NCBI GenBank assembly: GCA_040954595.2
Contig: JBECUI020000026.1
Coordinates: forward strand, 124,001-188,000
DNA: 64,000 bases
Source: Balanoglossus misakiensis
Lineage: Eukaryota; Animalia; Hemichordata
Direction of reading: 5' to 3'
Shown: positions 47,201-62,200 of the stretch, in pieces
How positions within the stretch are numbered: the first letter of the stretch is position 1
How the letters are laid out: each line of letters begins with the position of its first letter
Notes under the pieces: model-generated
Seen by the model: the letters and a program-made list of their open reading frames with translations, nothing else
Told to the model about the DNA's origin: nothing
The model's database searches: none
Program-made: the position numbers and the translations under genes

Positions 47201-50200
47201 TCATTTTCCCCATGATTTTTTTCAAAAATCGACGAAATTTTGAGATTTTGCAAAGTCGAAAATTTGTCATTTTTTGATGATTTTCACCCTTGATTTTCTT
47301 CAAAAATCGACGAAATTTTGAGATTTTGCAAAGTCGAAAATTTGTCATTTTTTGATGATTTTCACCCATGATTTTTTTCAAAAATCGATGAAATTTTGAG
47401 ATTTTGCAGTAAAAAAATTGTCATTATTTGATGATTTTCGACCATGATTTTTTTCAAAATTGACGAAATTTTGAGATTTTGCAGTCGAAAATTTGTCATT
47501 TTTTGATCATTTTCCCCCATGATTTTTTTCAAAAATCGACGAAATTTTCAGATTTTGCAAAGTCGAAAATTTGTCATTTTTTCATGATTTTCACCCATGA
47601 TTTTTTCAAAAATCGACGAAATTTTGAGATTTTGCAAAGTCGAAAATTTGTCATTTTTTGATGATTTTCACCCATGTCTTTTTTCAAAAATCGACGAAAT
47701 TTTGAGATTTTGCAAAGAGGAAAATTTGTCATTTTTTGATGATTTTCAACAATGATTTTTTTTCAAAAATCGACGAAATTTTGAGATTTTGCAGTCAAAA
47801 ATTTGTCATTTTTGACGATTTTCAACAATTTTTTTAAAAAATCCACGAAAATTTGAGATTTTGCAGTAAAAAATTTGTCATTTTTTGATGATTTTCACCA
47901 ATGATTTTTTCAAAATTGGCAAAATTTTGAGATTTTGCAAAGTCGAAAATTTGTCATTTTTTGATGATTTTCACCCATGATTTTTTTTCACAAATCGACG
48001 AAATTTTGAGATTTTGTAGTCGTAAATTTGTCATTTTTTGATGATTTTCCCCCATGATTTTTTTCAAAAATCAACGAAATTTTGAGATTTTGCAAAGTCG
48101 AAAATTTGTCATTTTTAGATGATTTTCACCCGTCTTTTTTCAAAAAATCGACGAAATTTTGAGATTTTGCAGTCGAAAATTTGTCATTTTTTGATGATTT
48201 TCCCCCATGATTTTTTTCTAAAATCGACGAAATTTTGAGATTTTGCAAAGTTGAAAATTTTTCAAAAATCGACGAAATTTATAGATTTTGCAAAGAGGAA
48301 AATTTGTCATTTTTTGATGATTTTCACCCATGATTTTTTTCAAAATTGACGAAATTTTGAGTTTTTGCAGTCGAAAATTTGTCATTTTTTGATGATTTTC
48401 ACCCGTTTTTTTTTCAAAATTTGTCATTTTTTGATGATTTTCACCCATGTTTTTTTTTAAAAAATCGACGAACCTATGATTTTTTTCAAAACCGACGAAA
48501 TTTTGAGATTTTGCAAAGACGAAAATTTGTCATTTTTTCATGATTTTCACCAATGATTTTTTCAAAAATTGACGAAATTTTGAGATTTTGCAAAGACGAA
48601 AATTTGTCATTTTTTCATGATTTTCACCAATGATTTTTTCAAAAATTGACGAAATTTTGAGATTTTGCAAAGTCGAAAATTTGTCATTTTTTGATGATTT
48701 TCCCCCGTTTTTTTTTTTTAAATGGACGAAATTTTGAGATTTTGCAAAGACGAAAATTTGTCATTTTTTGATGATTTTCACCCGGTTTTTTTTCAAAATT
48801 TGTCATTTTGTGATGATTTTCACCCATGATTTTTTCAAAAATTGACGAAATTTTGAGATTTTGCAAAGTCGAAAATTTGTCATTTTTTGATGATTTTCAC
48901 CCGGTTTTTTTTCAAAATTTGTCATTTTGTGATGATTTTCACCCATGTTTTTTTTTTAAAAATCGACGAACCTATGATTTTTTTCAAAATCGACGAAATT
49001 GTGAGATTTTGCGAAGTCGAAAATTGGTCATTTTTTGATGATTTTCACCCATGATTTTTTCAAAAATTGACGAAATTTTGAGATTTTGCAAAGTCGAGAA
49101 TTTGTCATTTTTTGATGATTTTCACCCATGATTTTTTTCAAAAATCGACGAAATTTTGAGATTTTGCAAAGTCGAAAATTTGTCATTTTTTGATGATTTT
49201 CCCCCGTTTTTTTTTTTAAATGGACGAAATGTTGAGATTTTGCAAAGACGAAAATTTGTCATTTTTTGATGATTTTCACCCATGATTTTTTTTCAAAAAT
49301 CGACGAAATTTTTAGATTTTGCAAAGTCGAACATTTGTCATTTTTTGATGATTTTCACCCATGTTTTTATTTAAAAAAATCGACGAACCCATGATTTTTT
49401 TCAAAACCGACGAAATTTTGAGATTTTGCAAAGTCGAAAATTTGTCATTTTTTGATGATTTTCACCCATGATTTTTTTCAAAAATCGACGAAATGTTGAG
49501 ATTTTGCAGTCAAAAATTTGTCATTTTTTGATGATTTTCACCCATATTATTTTTCAAAAACCGACGAAATTTTGAGATTTTGCAAAGACGAAAAATTGTC
49601 ATTTTTTGATGATTTTCACCCATGATTTTTTCAAAAATTGACGAAATTTTGAGATTTTGCAAAGTCGAAAATTTGTCATTTTTTGATGATTTTCACCCAT
49701 GATTTTTTTCAAAAATCGACGAAATTTTTAGATTTTGCAAAGTCGAAAATTTGTCATTTTTTGATGATTTTCCCCCGTTTTTTTTTTAAAATGGACGAAA
49801 TTTTGAGATTTTGCAAAGTCGAAATTTTGTAATTTTTTGATGATTTTCAACCATGATTTTTTTCAAAAATCGACGAAATTTTTAGATTTTGCAAAGTCGA
49901 AAATGTGTCATTTTTTGATGATTTTCACCCATGATTTTTATTCAAAAATGGACGAAATTTTGAGATTTTGCAAAGACGAAAATTTGTCATTTTTTGATGA
50001 TTTACACCCATGATTTTTTTTCAGAAATCGACGAAATTTTGAGATTTTGCAAAGTCGAAAATTTGTCATTTTTTGATGATTTTCACCCGTTTTTTTCAAA
50101 ATTTGTCATTTTTTGATGATTTTCACCCATGATTTTTTTTCAGAAATCGACGAAATTTTGAGATTTCGCAAAGTCGAAAATTTGTCATTTTTTGATGATT

Positions 50201-53200
50201 TTCATCCATGATTTTTTTTTGAAAATCGACGAAATTTTGAGATTTTGCAAAGTCGAAAATTTGTCATTTTTTGATGATTTTCCCCCCATGTTTTTTTTTA
50301 AAATGGACGAAATTTTGAGATTTCGCAAAACGAAAATTTGTCATTTTTTGATGATTTTTACCCATGATTTTTTTTCAAAAATGGACGAAATTTTGAGATT
50401 TTGCAAAGTCGAAAATTTGTCATTTTTTGATGATTTTCACCCATCTTATTTTTCAAAAACCGACGAAATTTTGAGATTTACCAAATACGAAAATTTGTCA
50501 TTTTTTGATGATTTTTACCCATGATTTTTTCAAAAATTGACGAAATTTTGAGATTTTGTAAAGTCGAAAATTTGTCATTTTTTGATGATTTTCACCCATG
50601 ATTTTTTTTCAAAAATGGACGAAATTTTGAGATTTTGCAAAGTCGAAAATTTGTCATATTTTGATGATTTTCACCAATGTTTTTTTTTAAAAATCGACGA
50701 ACCCATGATTTTTTTCAAAATCGACGAAATTTTGAGATTTTGCATAATCGAAAATTTGTCATTTTTTGATGATTTTCACCCATAATTTTTTTAAAAAATG
50801 AACGAAATTTTGAGATTTTGCAAAGTCGAAAATTTGTCACTTTTTGATGATTTTCACCTGGTTTTTTTTTTAAATCGACGAACCCATGATTTTTTTCAAA
50901 ATCGACGAAATTATGAGATTTTGCATAATCGAAAATGTGTCATTTTTTGATGATTTTCACCCATGATTTTTTTTCAAAAATCGACGAAATTTTCAGATTT
51001 TGCAAAGACGAAAATTTGTCATTTTTTGATGATTTTCACCATGATTTTTTTTCAAAAATCGACGAAATTTTGAGATTTTGCAAAGTCGAAAATTTGTCAT
51101 TTTTTGATGATTTTCACCCATGATTTTTTCAAAAATCGACGAAATTTTGAGATTTTGCAAAGTCGAAAATTTGTCATAATCGAAAATTTTGTCATTTTTT
51201 GATGATTTTCACCCATGATTTTTTTTCAAAAATGGACGAAATTTTCAGATTTTGCAAAGACGAAAATTTGTCATTTTTTGATGATTTTCACCATGATTTT
51301 TTTTCAAAAATCGACGAAATTTTGAGATTTTGCAAAGTCGAAAATTTGTCATTTTTTGATGATTTTCACCCATGATTTTTTTTCAAAAATGGACGAAATT
51401 TTCAGATTTTGCAAAGACGAAAATTTGTCATTTTTTGATGATTTTCACCATGATTTTTTTTCAAAATCGACGAAATTTTGAGATTTTGCATAATCGAAAA
51501 TTTTGTCATTTTTTGATGATTTTCACCCATGATTTTTTTCAAAATTGACAAAATTTTGAAGTTTTGCAAAGTCGAAAATTTGTCATTTTTTGATGATTTT
51601 CACCTATGATTTTTTTCAAAAATCGACAAAATTTTGAGATTTTGCAAAGTCGAAAATTTGTCATTTTTTGATGATTTTCACCATGATTTTTTTTCAAAAT
51701 CGACGAAATTTTGAGATTTTGCATAATCGAAAATTTTGTCATTTATTGATGATTTTCACCCATGATTTTTTTTCAAAAATGGACGAAATTTTGAGATTTT
51801 GCAAAATCGAAAATTTGTCATTTTTTGATGATTTTCACCCATGATTTTTTTTCAAAAATCGACGAAATTTTGAGATTTTGCAAAGTCGAAAATTTGTCAT
51901 ATTTTGATGATTTTCACCCATGATTTTTTTTTCAAAAATCGATGAAATTTTAAGATTTTGCAAAGTCGAAAATTTGTCATTTTTTGATGATTTTCACCTG
52001 TTTTTTTTTAAAAATCGACGAACCCATGATTTTTTTTCAAAATCGACGAAATTTTGAGATTTTGCATAATCGAAAATTTTGTCATTTTTTGATGATTTTC
52101 ACCCATGATTTTTTTTCAAAAATGGACGAAATTTTCAGATTTTGCAAAGACGAAAATTTGTCATTTTTTGATGATTTTCACCATGATTTTTTTTCAAAAA
52201 TCGACGAAATTTTGAGATTTTGCAAAGTCGAAAATTTGTCATTTTTTGATGATTTTCACCCATGATTTTTTTTTCAAAAATCGACGAAATTTTGAGATTT
52301 TGGAAAGTCGAAAATTTGTCATTTTTTGATGATTTTCACCCATGATTTTTTCAAAAATCGACGAAATTTTGAGATTTTGCAAAATCGAAAATTTGTCATT
52401 TTTTGATGATTTTCACCCATGATTTTTTTCAAAAATCGACGAAATTTTGAGATTTTGCAAAGTCGAAAATTTGTCATTTTTTGATGATTTTCACCCATGA
52501 TTTTTTTCAAAAATCGACGAAATTTTGTGATTTTGCAAAGTCGAAAATTTGTCATTTTTTGATGATTTTCACCCATGATTTTTTCAAAAATCGACGAAAT
52601 TTTGAGATTTTGCAAAATCGAAAATTTGTCATTTTTTGATGATTTTCACCCATGATTTTTTTCAAAAATCGACGAAATTTTGAGATTTTGCAAAGTCGAA
52701 AATTTGTCATTTTTTGATGATTTTCACCCATGATTTTTTTCAAAAATCGACGAAATTTTGTGATTTTGCAAAGTCGAAAATTTGTCATTTTTTGATGATT
52801 TTCACCTGTTTTTTTTTAAAAATCGACGAACCCATGATTTTTTTCAAAATCGACGAAATTTTGAGATTTTGCATAATCGAAAATGTGTCATTTTTTGATG
52901 ATTTTCACCCATAATTTTTTTTCAAAAATCGACGAAATTTTGAGATTTTGCAAAGACGAAAATTTGTCATTTTTTGATGATTTTCACCATGATTTTTTTT
53001 CAAAAATCGACGAAATTTTGTGATTTTGCATAATCGAAAATGTGTCATTTTTTGATGATTTTCACCCATGATTTTTTTTTCAAAAATCGACGAAATTTTG
53101 AGATTTTGCAAAGTCGAAAATTTGTCATTTTTTGATGATTTTCACCCATGATTTTTTTCAAAAATCGACGAAATGTTGAGATTTTGCAAAGTCGAAAATT

Positions 53201-56200
53201 TGTCATTTTTTGATGATTTTCACCCATGATTTTTTTTCAAAAATCGACGAAATTTTAAGATTTTGCAAAGTCGAAAATTTGTCATTTTTTGATGATTTTC
53301 ACCCGTTTTTTTTCAAAAATCGACGAACCCATAATTTTTTTCAAAATCGACGAAATTTTGAGATTTTGCAAAGTCGAAAATTTGTCATTTTTTGATGATT
53401 TTCACCCATGATTTTTTTTTCAAAAATCGACGAAATTTTGAGATTTCGGAAAGTCGAAAATTTGTCATTTTTTGATGATTTTCACCCATGATTTTTTCAA
53501 AAATCGACGAAATTTTGAGATTTTGCAAAATCGAAAATTTGTCATTTTTTGATGATTTTTACCCATGATTTTTTTCAAAAATCGACGAAATTTTGAGATT
53601 TTGCAAAGTCGAAAATTTGTCATTTTTTGATGATTTTCACCCATGATTTTTTTCAAAAATCGACGAAATTTTGAGATTTTGCAAAGTTGAAAATTTGTCA
53701 TTTTTTGATGATTTTCACCCATAATTTTTTTTCAAAAATCGACGAAATTTTGAGATTTTGCAAAGACGAAAATTTGTCATTTTTTGATGATTTTCACCAT
53801 GATTTTTTTTCAAAAATCGACGAAATTTTGTGATTTTGCATAATCGAAAATGTGTCATTTTTTGATGATTTTCACCCATGATTTTTTTTTCAAAAATCGA
53901 CGAAATTTTGAGATTTTGCAAAGTCGAAAATTTGTCATTTTTTGATGATTTTCACCCATGATTTTTTTCAAAAATCGACGAAATTTTGTGATTTTGCAAA
54001 GTCGAAAATTTGTCATTTTTTGATGATTTTCACCCATGATTTTTTTCAAAATTGACGAAATTTTGAGATTTTGCAAAGTCGAAAATTTGTCATTTTTTGA
54101 TGATTTTCACCTATGATTTTTTTCAAAAATCGACAAAATTTTAAGATTTTGCAAAGTCGAAAATTTGTCATTTTTTGATGATTTTCACCTGTTTTTTTTT
54201 AAAAATCGACGAACCCATGATTTTTTTCAAAATCGACGAAATTTTGAGATTTTGCATAATCGAAAATGTGTCATTTTTTGATGATTTTCACCCATAATTT
54301 TTTTTCAAAAATCGACGAAATTTTGAGATTTTGCAAAGACGAAAATTTGTCATTTTTTGATGATTTTCACCATGATTTTTTTTCAAAAATCGACGAAATT
54401 TTGTGATTTTGCATAATCGAAAATGTGTCATTTTTTGATGATTTTCACCCATGATTTTTTTTTCAAAAATCGACGAAATTTTGAGATTTTGCAAAGTCGA
54501 AAATTTGTCATTTTTTGATGATTTTCACCCATGATTTTTTTCAAAAATCGACGAAATGTTGAGATTTTGCAAAGTCGAAAATTTGTCATTTTTTGATGAT
54601 TTTCACCCATGATTTTTTTCAAAAATCGACGAAATGTTGAGTTTTTGCAAAGTCGAAAATTTGTCATTTTTTGATGATTTTCAACCATGATTTTTTTTCA
54701 AAAATCGACGAAATTTTGAGATTTTGCAAAGTCGAAAATTTGTCATGTTTTGATGATTTTCACCCATGATTTTTTTTCAAAAATCGACGAAATTTTGAGA
54801 TTTTGCATAATCGAAAATGTGTCATTTTTTGATGATTTTCACCCATGATTTTTTTTTTCAAAAATCGACGAAAGTTTGAGATTTTGCAAAGTCGAAAATT
54901 TGTCATTTTTTGATGATTTTCACCCATGATTTTTTTTCAAAAATCGACGAAATTTTAAGATTTTGCAAAGTCGAAAATTTGTCATTTTTTGATGATTTTC
55001 ACCCGTTTTTTTTCAAAAATCGACGAACCCATAATTTTTTTCAAAATCGACGAAATTTTGAGATTTTGCAAAGTCGAAAATTTGTCATTTTTTGATGATT
55101 TTCACCCATGATTTTTTTTTCAAAAATCGACGAAATTTTGAGATTTCGGAAAGTCGAAAATTTGTCATTTTTTGATGATTTTCACCCATGATTTTTTCAA
55201 AAATCGACGAAATTTTGAGATTTTGCAAAATCGAAAATTTGTCATTTTTTGATGATTTTCACCCATGATTTTTTTCAAAAATCGACGAAATTTTGAGATT
55301 TTGCAAAGTCGAAAATTTGTCATTTTTTGATGATTTTCACCCATGATTTTTTTCAAAAATCGACGAAATTTTGAGATTTTGCAAAGTTGAAAATTTGTCA
55401 TTTTTTGATGATTTTCACCCATAATTTTTTTTCAAAAATCGACGAAATTTTGAGATTTTGCAAAGACGAAAATTTGTCATTTTTTGATGATTTTCACCAT
55501 GATTTTTTTTCAAAAATCGACGAAATTTTGTGATTTTGCATAATCGAAAATGTGTCATTTTTTGATGATTTTCACCCATGATTTTTTTTTCAAAAATCGA
55601 CGAAATTTTGAGATTTTGCAAAGTCGAAAATTTGTCATTTTTTGATGATTTTCACCCATGATTTTTTTCAAAAATCGACGAAATGTTGAGATTTTGCAAA
55701 GTCGAAAATTTGTCATTTTTTGATGATTTTCACCCATGATTTTTTTCAAAAATCGACGAAATGTTGAGTTTTTGCAAAGTCGAAAATTTGTCATTTTTTG
55801 ATGATTTTCAACCATGATTTTTTTTCAAAAATCGACGAAATTTTGAGATTTTGCAAAGTCGAAAATTTGTCATGTTTTGATGATTTTCACCCATGATTTT
55901 TTTTCAAAAATCGACGAAATTTTGAGATTTTGCATAATCGAAAATGTGTCATTTTTTGATGATTTTCACCCATGATTTTTTTTTTCAAAAATCGACGAAA
56001 GTTTGAGATTTTGCAAAGTCGAAAATTTGTCATTTTTTGATGATTTTCACCCATGATTTTTTTCAAAAATCGACGAAATTTTAAGATTTTGCAAAGTCGA
56101 AAATTTGTCATTTTTTGATGATTTTCACCCGTTTTTTTTCAAAAATCGACGAACCCATAATTTTTTTCAAAATCGACGAAATTTTGAGATTTTGCAAAGT

Positions 56201-59200
56201 CGAAAATTTGTCATTTTTTGATGATTTTCACCCATGATTTTTTTTTCAAAAATCGACGAAATTTTGAGATTTCGGAAAGTCGAAAATTTGTCATTTTTTG
56301 ATGATTTTCACCCATGATTTTTTCAAAAATCGACGAAATTTTGAGATTTTGCAAAATCGAAAATTTGTCATTTTTTGATGATTTTCACCCATGATTTTTT
56401 TCAAAAATCGACGAAATTTTGAGATTTTGCAAAGTCGAAAATTTGTCATTTTTTGATGATTTTCACCCATGATTTTTTTCAAAAATCGACGAAATTTTGA
56501 GATTTTGCAAAGTCGAAAATTTGTCATTTTTTGATGATTTTCACCCATGATTTTTTTCAAAATTGACGAAATTTTGAGATTTTGCAAAGTCGAAAATTTG
56601 TCATTTTTTGATGATTTTCACCTATGATTTTTTTCAAAAATCGACAAAATTTTAAGATTTTGCAAAGTCGAAAATTTGTCATTTTTTGATGATTTTCACC
56701 TGTTTTTTTTTAAAAATCGACGAACCCATGATTTTTTTAAAAATCGACGAAATTTTGAGATTTTGCATAATCGAAAATGTGTCATTTTTTGATGATTTTC
56801 ACCCATAATTTTTTTTCAAAAATCGACGAAATTTTGAGATTTTGCAAAGACGAAAATTTGTCATTTTTTGATGATTTTCACCATGATTTTTTTTCAAAAA
56901 TCGACGAAATTTTGTGATTTTGCATAATCGAAAATGTGTCATTTTTTGATGATTTTCACCCATGATTTTTTTTCAAAAATCGACGAAATTTTGAGATTTT
57001 GCAAAGTCGAAAATTTGTCATTTTTTGATGATTTTCACCCATGATTTTTTTCAAAAATCGACGAAATGTTGAGATTTTGCAAAGTCGAAAATTTGTCATT
57101 TTTTGATGATTTTCACCCATGATTTTTTTCAAAAATCGACGAAATGTTGAGTTTTTGCAAAGTCGAAAATTTGTCATTTTTTAATGATTTTCAACCATGA
57201 TTTTTTTTCAAAAATCGACGAAATTTTGAGATTTTGCAAAGTCGAAAATTTGTCATGTTTTGATGATTTTCACCCATGATTTTTTTTCAAAAATCGACGA
57301 AATTTTGAGATTTTGCATAATCGAAAATGTGTCATTTTTTGATGATTTTCACCCATGATTTTTTTTTCAAAAATCGACGAAAGTTTGAGATTTTGCAAAG
57401 TCGAAAATTTGTCATTTTTTGATGATTTTCACCCATGATTTTTTTCAAAAATCGACGAAATTTTAAGATTTTGCAAAGTCGAAAATTTGTCATTTTTTGA
57501 TGATTTTCACCCGTTTTTTTTTCAAAAATCGACGCACCCATAATTTTTTTCAAAATCGACGAAATTTTGAGATTTTGCAAAGTCGAAAATTTGTCATTTT
57601 TTGATGATTTTCACCCATGATTTTTTTCAAAAATCGACGAAATTTTAAGATTTTGCAAAGTCGAAAATTTGTCATTTTTTGATGATTTTCACCTGTTTTT
57701 TTTAAAAAATCGACGAACCCATGATTTTTTTCAAAAATCGACGAAATTTTAAGATTTTGCAAAGTCGAAAATTTGTCATTTTTTGATGATTTTCACCAAT
57801 GTTGTTTTTAAAAAATCGACGAAATTTTGAGATTTTGCATAATCGAAAATTTGTCATTTTTTGATGATTTTCACCCATGATGTTTTTCAAAAATCGACGA
57901 AATGTTGAGATTTTGCAAAGTCGAAAATTTGTCATTTTTTGATGATTTTCACCCATGATTTTTTTCAAAAATCGACGAAATTTTGAGATTTTGCAAAGTC
58001 GAAAATTTGTCATTTTTTGATGATTTTCACCCATGATTTTTTTCAAAATTGACGAAATTTTGAGATTTTGCAAAGTCGAAAATTTGTCATTTTTTGATGA
58101 TTTTCACCTATGATTTTTTTCAAAAATCGACAAAATTTTAAGATTTTGCAAAGTCGAAAATTTGTCATTTTTTGATGATTTTCACCTGTTTTTTTTTTAA
58201 AATCGACGAACCCATGATTTTTTTCAAAATCGACGAAATTTTGAGATTTTGCATAATCGAAAATGTGTCATTTTTTGATGATTTTCACCCATAATTTTTT
58301 TTCAAAAATCGACGAAATTTTGAGATTTTGCAAAGACGAAAATTTGTCATTTTTTGATGATTTTCATCCATGATTTTTTTTTAAAATTGACGAAATTTTG
58401 AGATTTTGCAAACTCGAAAATTTGTCATTTTTTGATGATTTTCACCATGATTTTTTTTCAAAAATGGACGAAATTTTCAGATTTTGCAAAGTCGAAAATT
58501 TGTCATTTTTTGATGATTTTCACCTGTTTTTTTTAAAAAATCGACGAACCCATGATTTTTTTCAAAAATCGACGAAATTTTAAGATTTTGCAAAGTCGAA
58601 AATTTGTCATTTTTTGATGATTTTCACCAATGTTGTTTTTAAAAAATCGACGAAATTTTGAGATTTTGCATAATCGAAAATGTGTCATTTTTTGATGATT
58701 TTCACCCATGATTTTTTTTTCAAAAATCGACGAAAGTTTGAGATTTTGCAAAGTCGAAAATTTGTCATTTTTTGATGATTTTCACCCATGATTTTTTTCA
58801 AAAATCGACGAAATTTTAAGATTTTGCAAAGTCGAAAATTTGTCATTTTTTGATGATTTTCACCTGTTTTTTTTAAAAAATCGACGAACCCATGATTTTT
58901 TTCAAAAATCGTCGAAATTTTACGATTTTGCAAAGTCGAAAATTTGTCATTTTTTGATGATTTTCACCAATGTTGTTTTTAAAAAATCGACGAAATTTTG
59001 AGATTTTGCATAATCGAAAATTTGTCATTTTTTGATGATTTTCACCCATGATTTTTTTCAAAAATCGACGAAATGTTGAGATTTTGCAAAGTCGAAAATT
59101 TGTCATTTTTTGATGATTTTCACCCATGATTTTTTTCAAAAATCGACGAAATTTTGAGATTTTGCAAAGTCGAAAATTTGTCATTTTTTGATGATTTTCA

Positions 59201-62200
59201 CCCATGATTTTTTTCAAAATTGACGAAATTTTGAGATTTTGCAAAGTCGAAAATTTGTCATTTTTTGATGATTGTCACCTATGATTTTTTTCAAAAATCG
59301 ACAAAATTTTAAGATTTTGCAAAGTCGAAAATTTGTCATTTTTTGATGATTTTCACCTGTTTTTTTTTAAAAATCGACGAACCCATGATTTTTTTCAAAA
59401 TCGACGAAATTTTGAGATTTTGCATAATCGAAAATGTGTCATTTTTTGATGATTTTCACCCATAATTTTTTTTCAAAAATCGACGAAATTTTGAGATTTT
59501 GCAAAGACGAAAATTTGTCATTTTTTGATGATTTTCATCCATGATTTTTTTTTTAAAATTGACGAAATTTTGAGATTTTGCAAACTCGAAAATTTGTCAT
59601 TTTTTGATGATTTTCACCATGATTTTTTTTCAAAAATGGACGAAATTTTCAGATTTTGCAAAGTCGAAAATTTGTCATTTTTTGATGAATTTCACCCATG
59701 ATTTTTTTCAAAAATCGACGATTTTTAAGATTTTGCAAAGTCGAATATTTGTCATTTTTTGATGATTTTCACCTGTTTTTTTTAAAAAATCGACGAACCC
59801 ATGATTTTTTTCAAAAATCGACGAAATTTTAAGATTTTGCAAAGTCGAAAATTTGTCATTTTTTGATGATTTTCACCAATGTTGTTTTTAAAAAATCGAC
59901 GAAATTTTGAGATTTTGCATAATCGAAAATTTGTCATTTTTTGATGATTTTCACCCATGATTTTTTTCAAAAATCGACGAAATGTTGAGATTTTGCAAAG
60001 TCGAAAATTTGTCATTTTTTGATGATTTTCACCCATGATTTTTTTCAAAAATCGACGAAATTTTGAGATTTTGCAAAGTCGAAAATTTGTCATTTTTTGA
60101 TGATTTTCACCCATGATTTTTTTCAAAATTGACGAAATTTTGAGATTTTGCAAAGTCGAAAATTTGTCATTTTTTGATGATTTTCACCTATGATTCTTTT
60201 CAAAAATCGACAAAATTTTAAGATTTTGCAAAGTCGAAAATTTGTCATTTTTTGATGATTTTCACCAGTTTTTTTTTAAAAATCGACGAACCCATGATTT
60301 TTTTCAAAATCGACGAAATTTTGAGATTTTGCATAATCGAAAATGTGTCATTTTTTGATGATTTTCACCCATAATTTTTTTTCAAAAATCGACGAAATTT
60401 TGAGATTTTGCAAAGACGAAAATTTGTCATTTTTTGATGATTTTCACCATGATTTTTTTTCAAAAATCGACGAAATTTTGTGATTTTGCATAATCGAAAA
60501 TGTGTCATTTTTTGATGATTTTCACCCATGATTTTTTTCAAAATTGACGAAATTTTGAGATTTTGCAAAGTCGAAAATTTGTCATTTTTTGATGATTTTC
60601 ACCCATGATTTTTTTCAAAATTGACGAAATTTTGAGATTTTGCAAAGTCGAAAATTTGTCATTTTTTGATGATTTTCACCCATCTTATTTTTCAAAAACC
60701 GACGAAATTTTGAGATTTACCAAATACGAAAATTTGTCATTTTTTGATGATTTTTACCCATGATTTTTTCAAAAATTGACGAAATTTTGAGATTTTGCAA
60801 AGTCGAAAATTTGTCATTTTTTGATGATTTTCACCCATGATTTTTTTCAAAATTGACGAAATTTTGAGATTTTGCAAAGTCGAAAATTTGTCATTTTTTG
60901 ATGATTTTCACCTATGATTTTTTTCAAAAATCGACAAAATTTTAAGATTTTGCAAAGTCGAAAATTTGTCATTTTTTGATGATTTTCACCTGTTTTTTTT
61001 TTAAAATCGACGAACCCATGATTTTTTTCAAAATCGACGAAATTTTGAGATTTTGCATAATCGAAAATGTGTCATTTTTTGATGATTTTCACCCATAATT
61101 TTTTTTCAAAAATCGACGAAATTTTGAGATTTTGCAAAGACGAAAATTTGTCATTTTTTGATGATTTTCATCCATGATTTTTTTTTAAAATTGACGAAAT
61201 TTTGAGATTTTGCAAACTCGAAAATTTGTCATTTTTTGATGATTTTCACCATGATTTTTTTTCAAAAATGGACGAAATTTTCAGATTTTGCAAAGTCGAA
61301 AATTTGTCATTTTTTGATGATTTTCACCTGTTTTTTTTAAAAAATCGACGAACCCATGATTTTTTTCAAAAATCGACGAAATTTTAAGATTTTGCAAAGT
61401 CGAAAATTTGTCATTTTTTGATGATTTTCACCAATGTTGTTTTTAAAAAATCGACGAAATTTTGAGATTTTGCATAATCGAAAATGTGTCATTTTTTGAT
61501 GATTTTCACCCATGATTTTTTTTTCAAAAATCGACGAAAGTTTGAGATTTTGCAAAGTCGAAAATTTGTCATTTTTTGATGATTTTCACCCATGATTTTT
61601 TTCAAAAATCGACGAAATTTTAAGATTTTGCAAAGTCGAAAATTTGTCATTTTTTGATGATTTTCACCTGTTTTTTTTAAAAAATCGACGAACCCATGAT
61701 TTTTTTCAAAAATCGTCGAAATTTTACGATTTTGCAAAGTCGAAAATTTGTCATTTTTTGATGATTTTCACCAATGTTGTTTTTAAAAAATCGACGAAAT
61801 TTTGAGATTTTGCATAATCGAAAATTTGTCATTTTTTGATGATTTTCACCCATGATTTTTTTCAAAAATCGACGAAATGTTGAGATTTTGCAAAGTCGAA
61901 AATTTGTCATTTTTTGATGATTTTCACCCATGATTTTTTTCAAAAATCGACGAAATTTTGAGATTTTGCAAAGTCGAAAATTTGTCATTTTTTGATGATT
62001 TTCACCCATGATTTTTTTCAAAATTGACGAAATTTTGAGATTTTGCAAAGTCGAAAATTTGTCATTTTTTGATGATTGTCACCTATGATTTTTTTCAAAA
62101 ATCGACAAAATTTTAAGATTTTGCAAAGTCGAAAATTTGTCATTTTTTGATGATTTTCACCTGTTTTTTTTTAAAAATCGACGAACCCATGATTTTTTTC

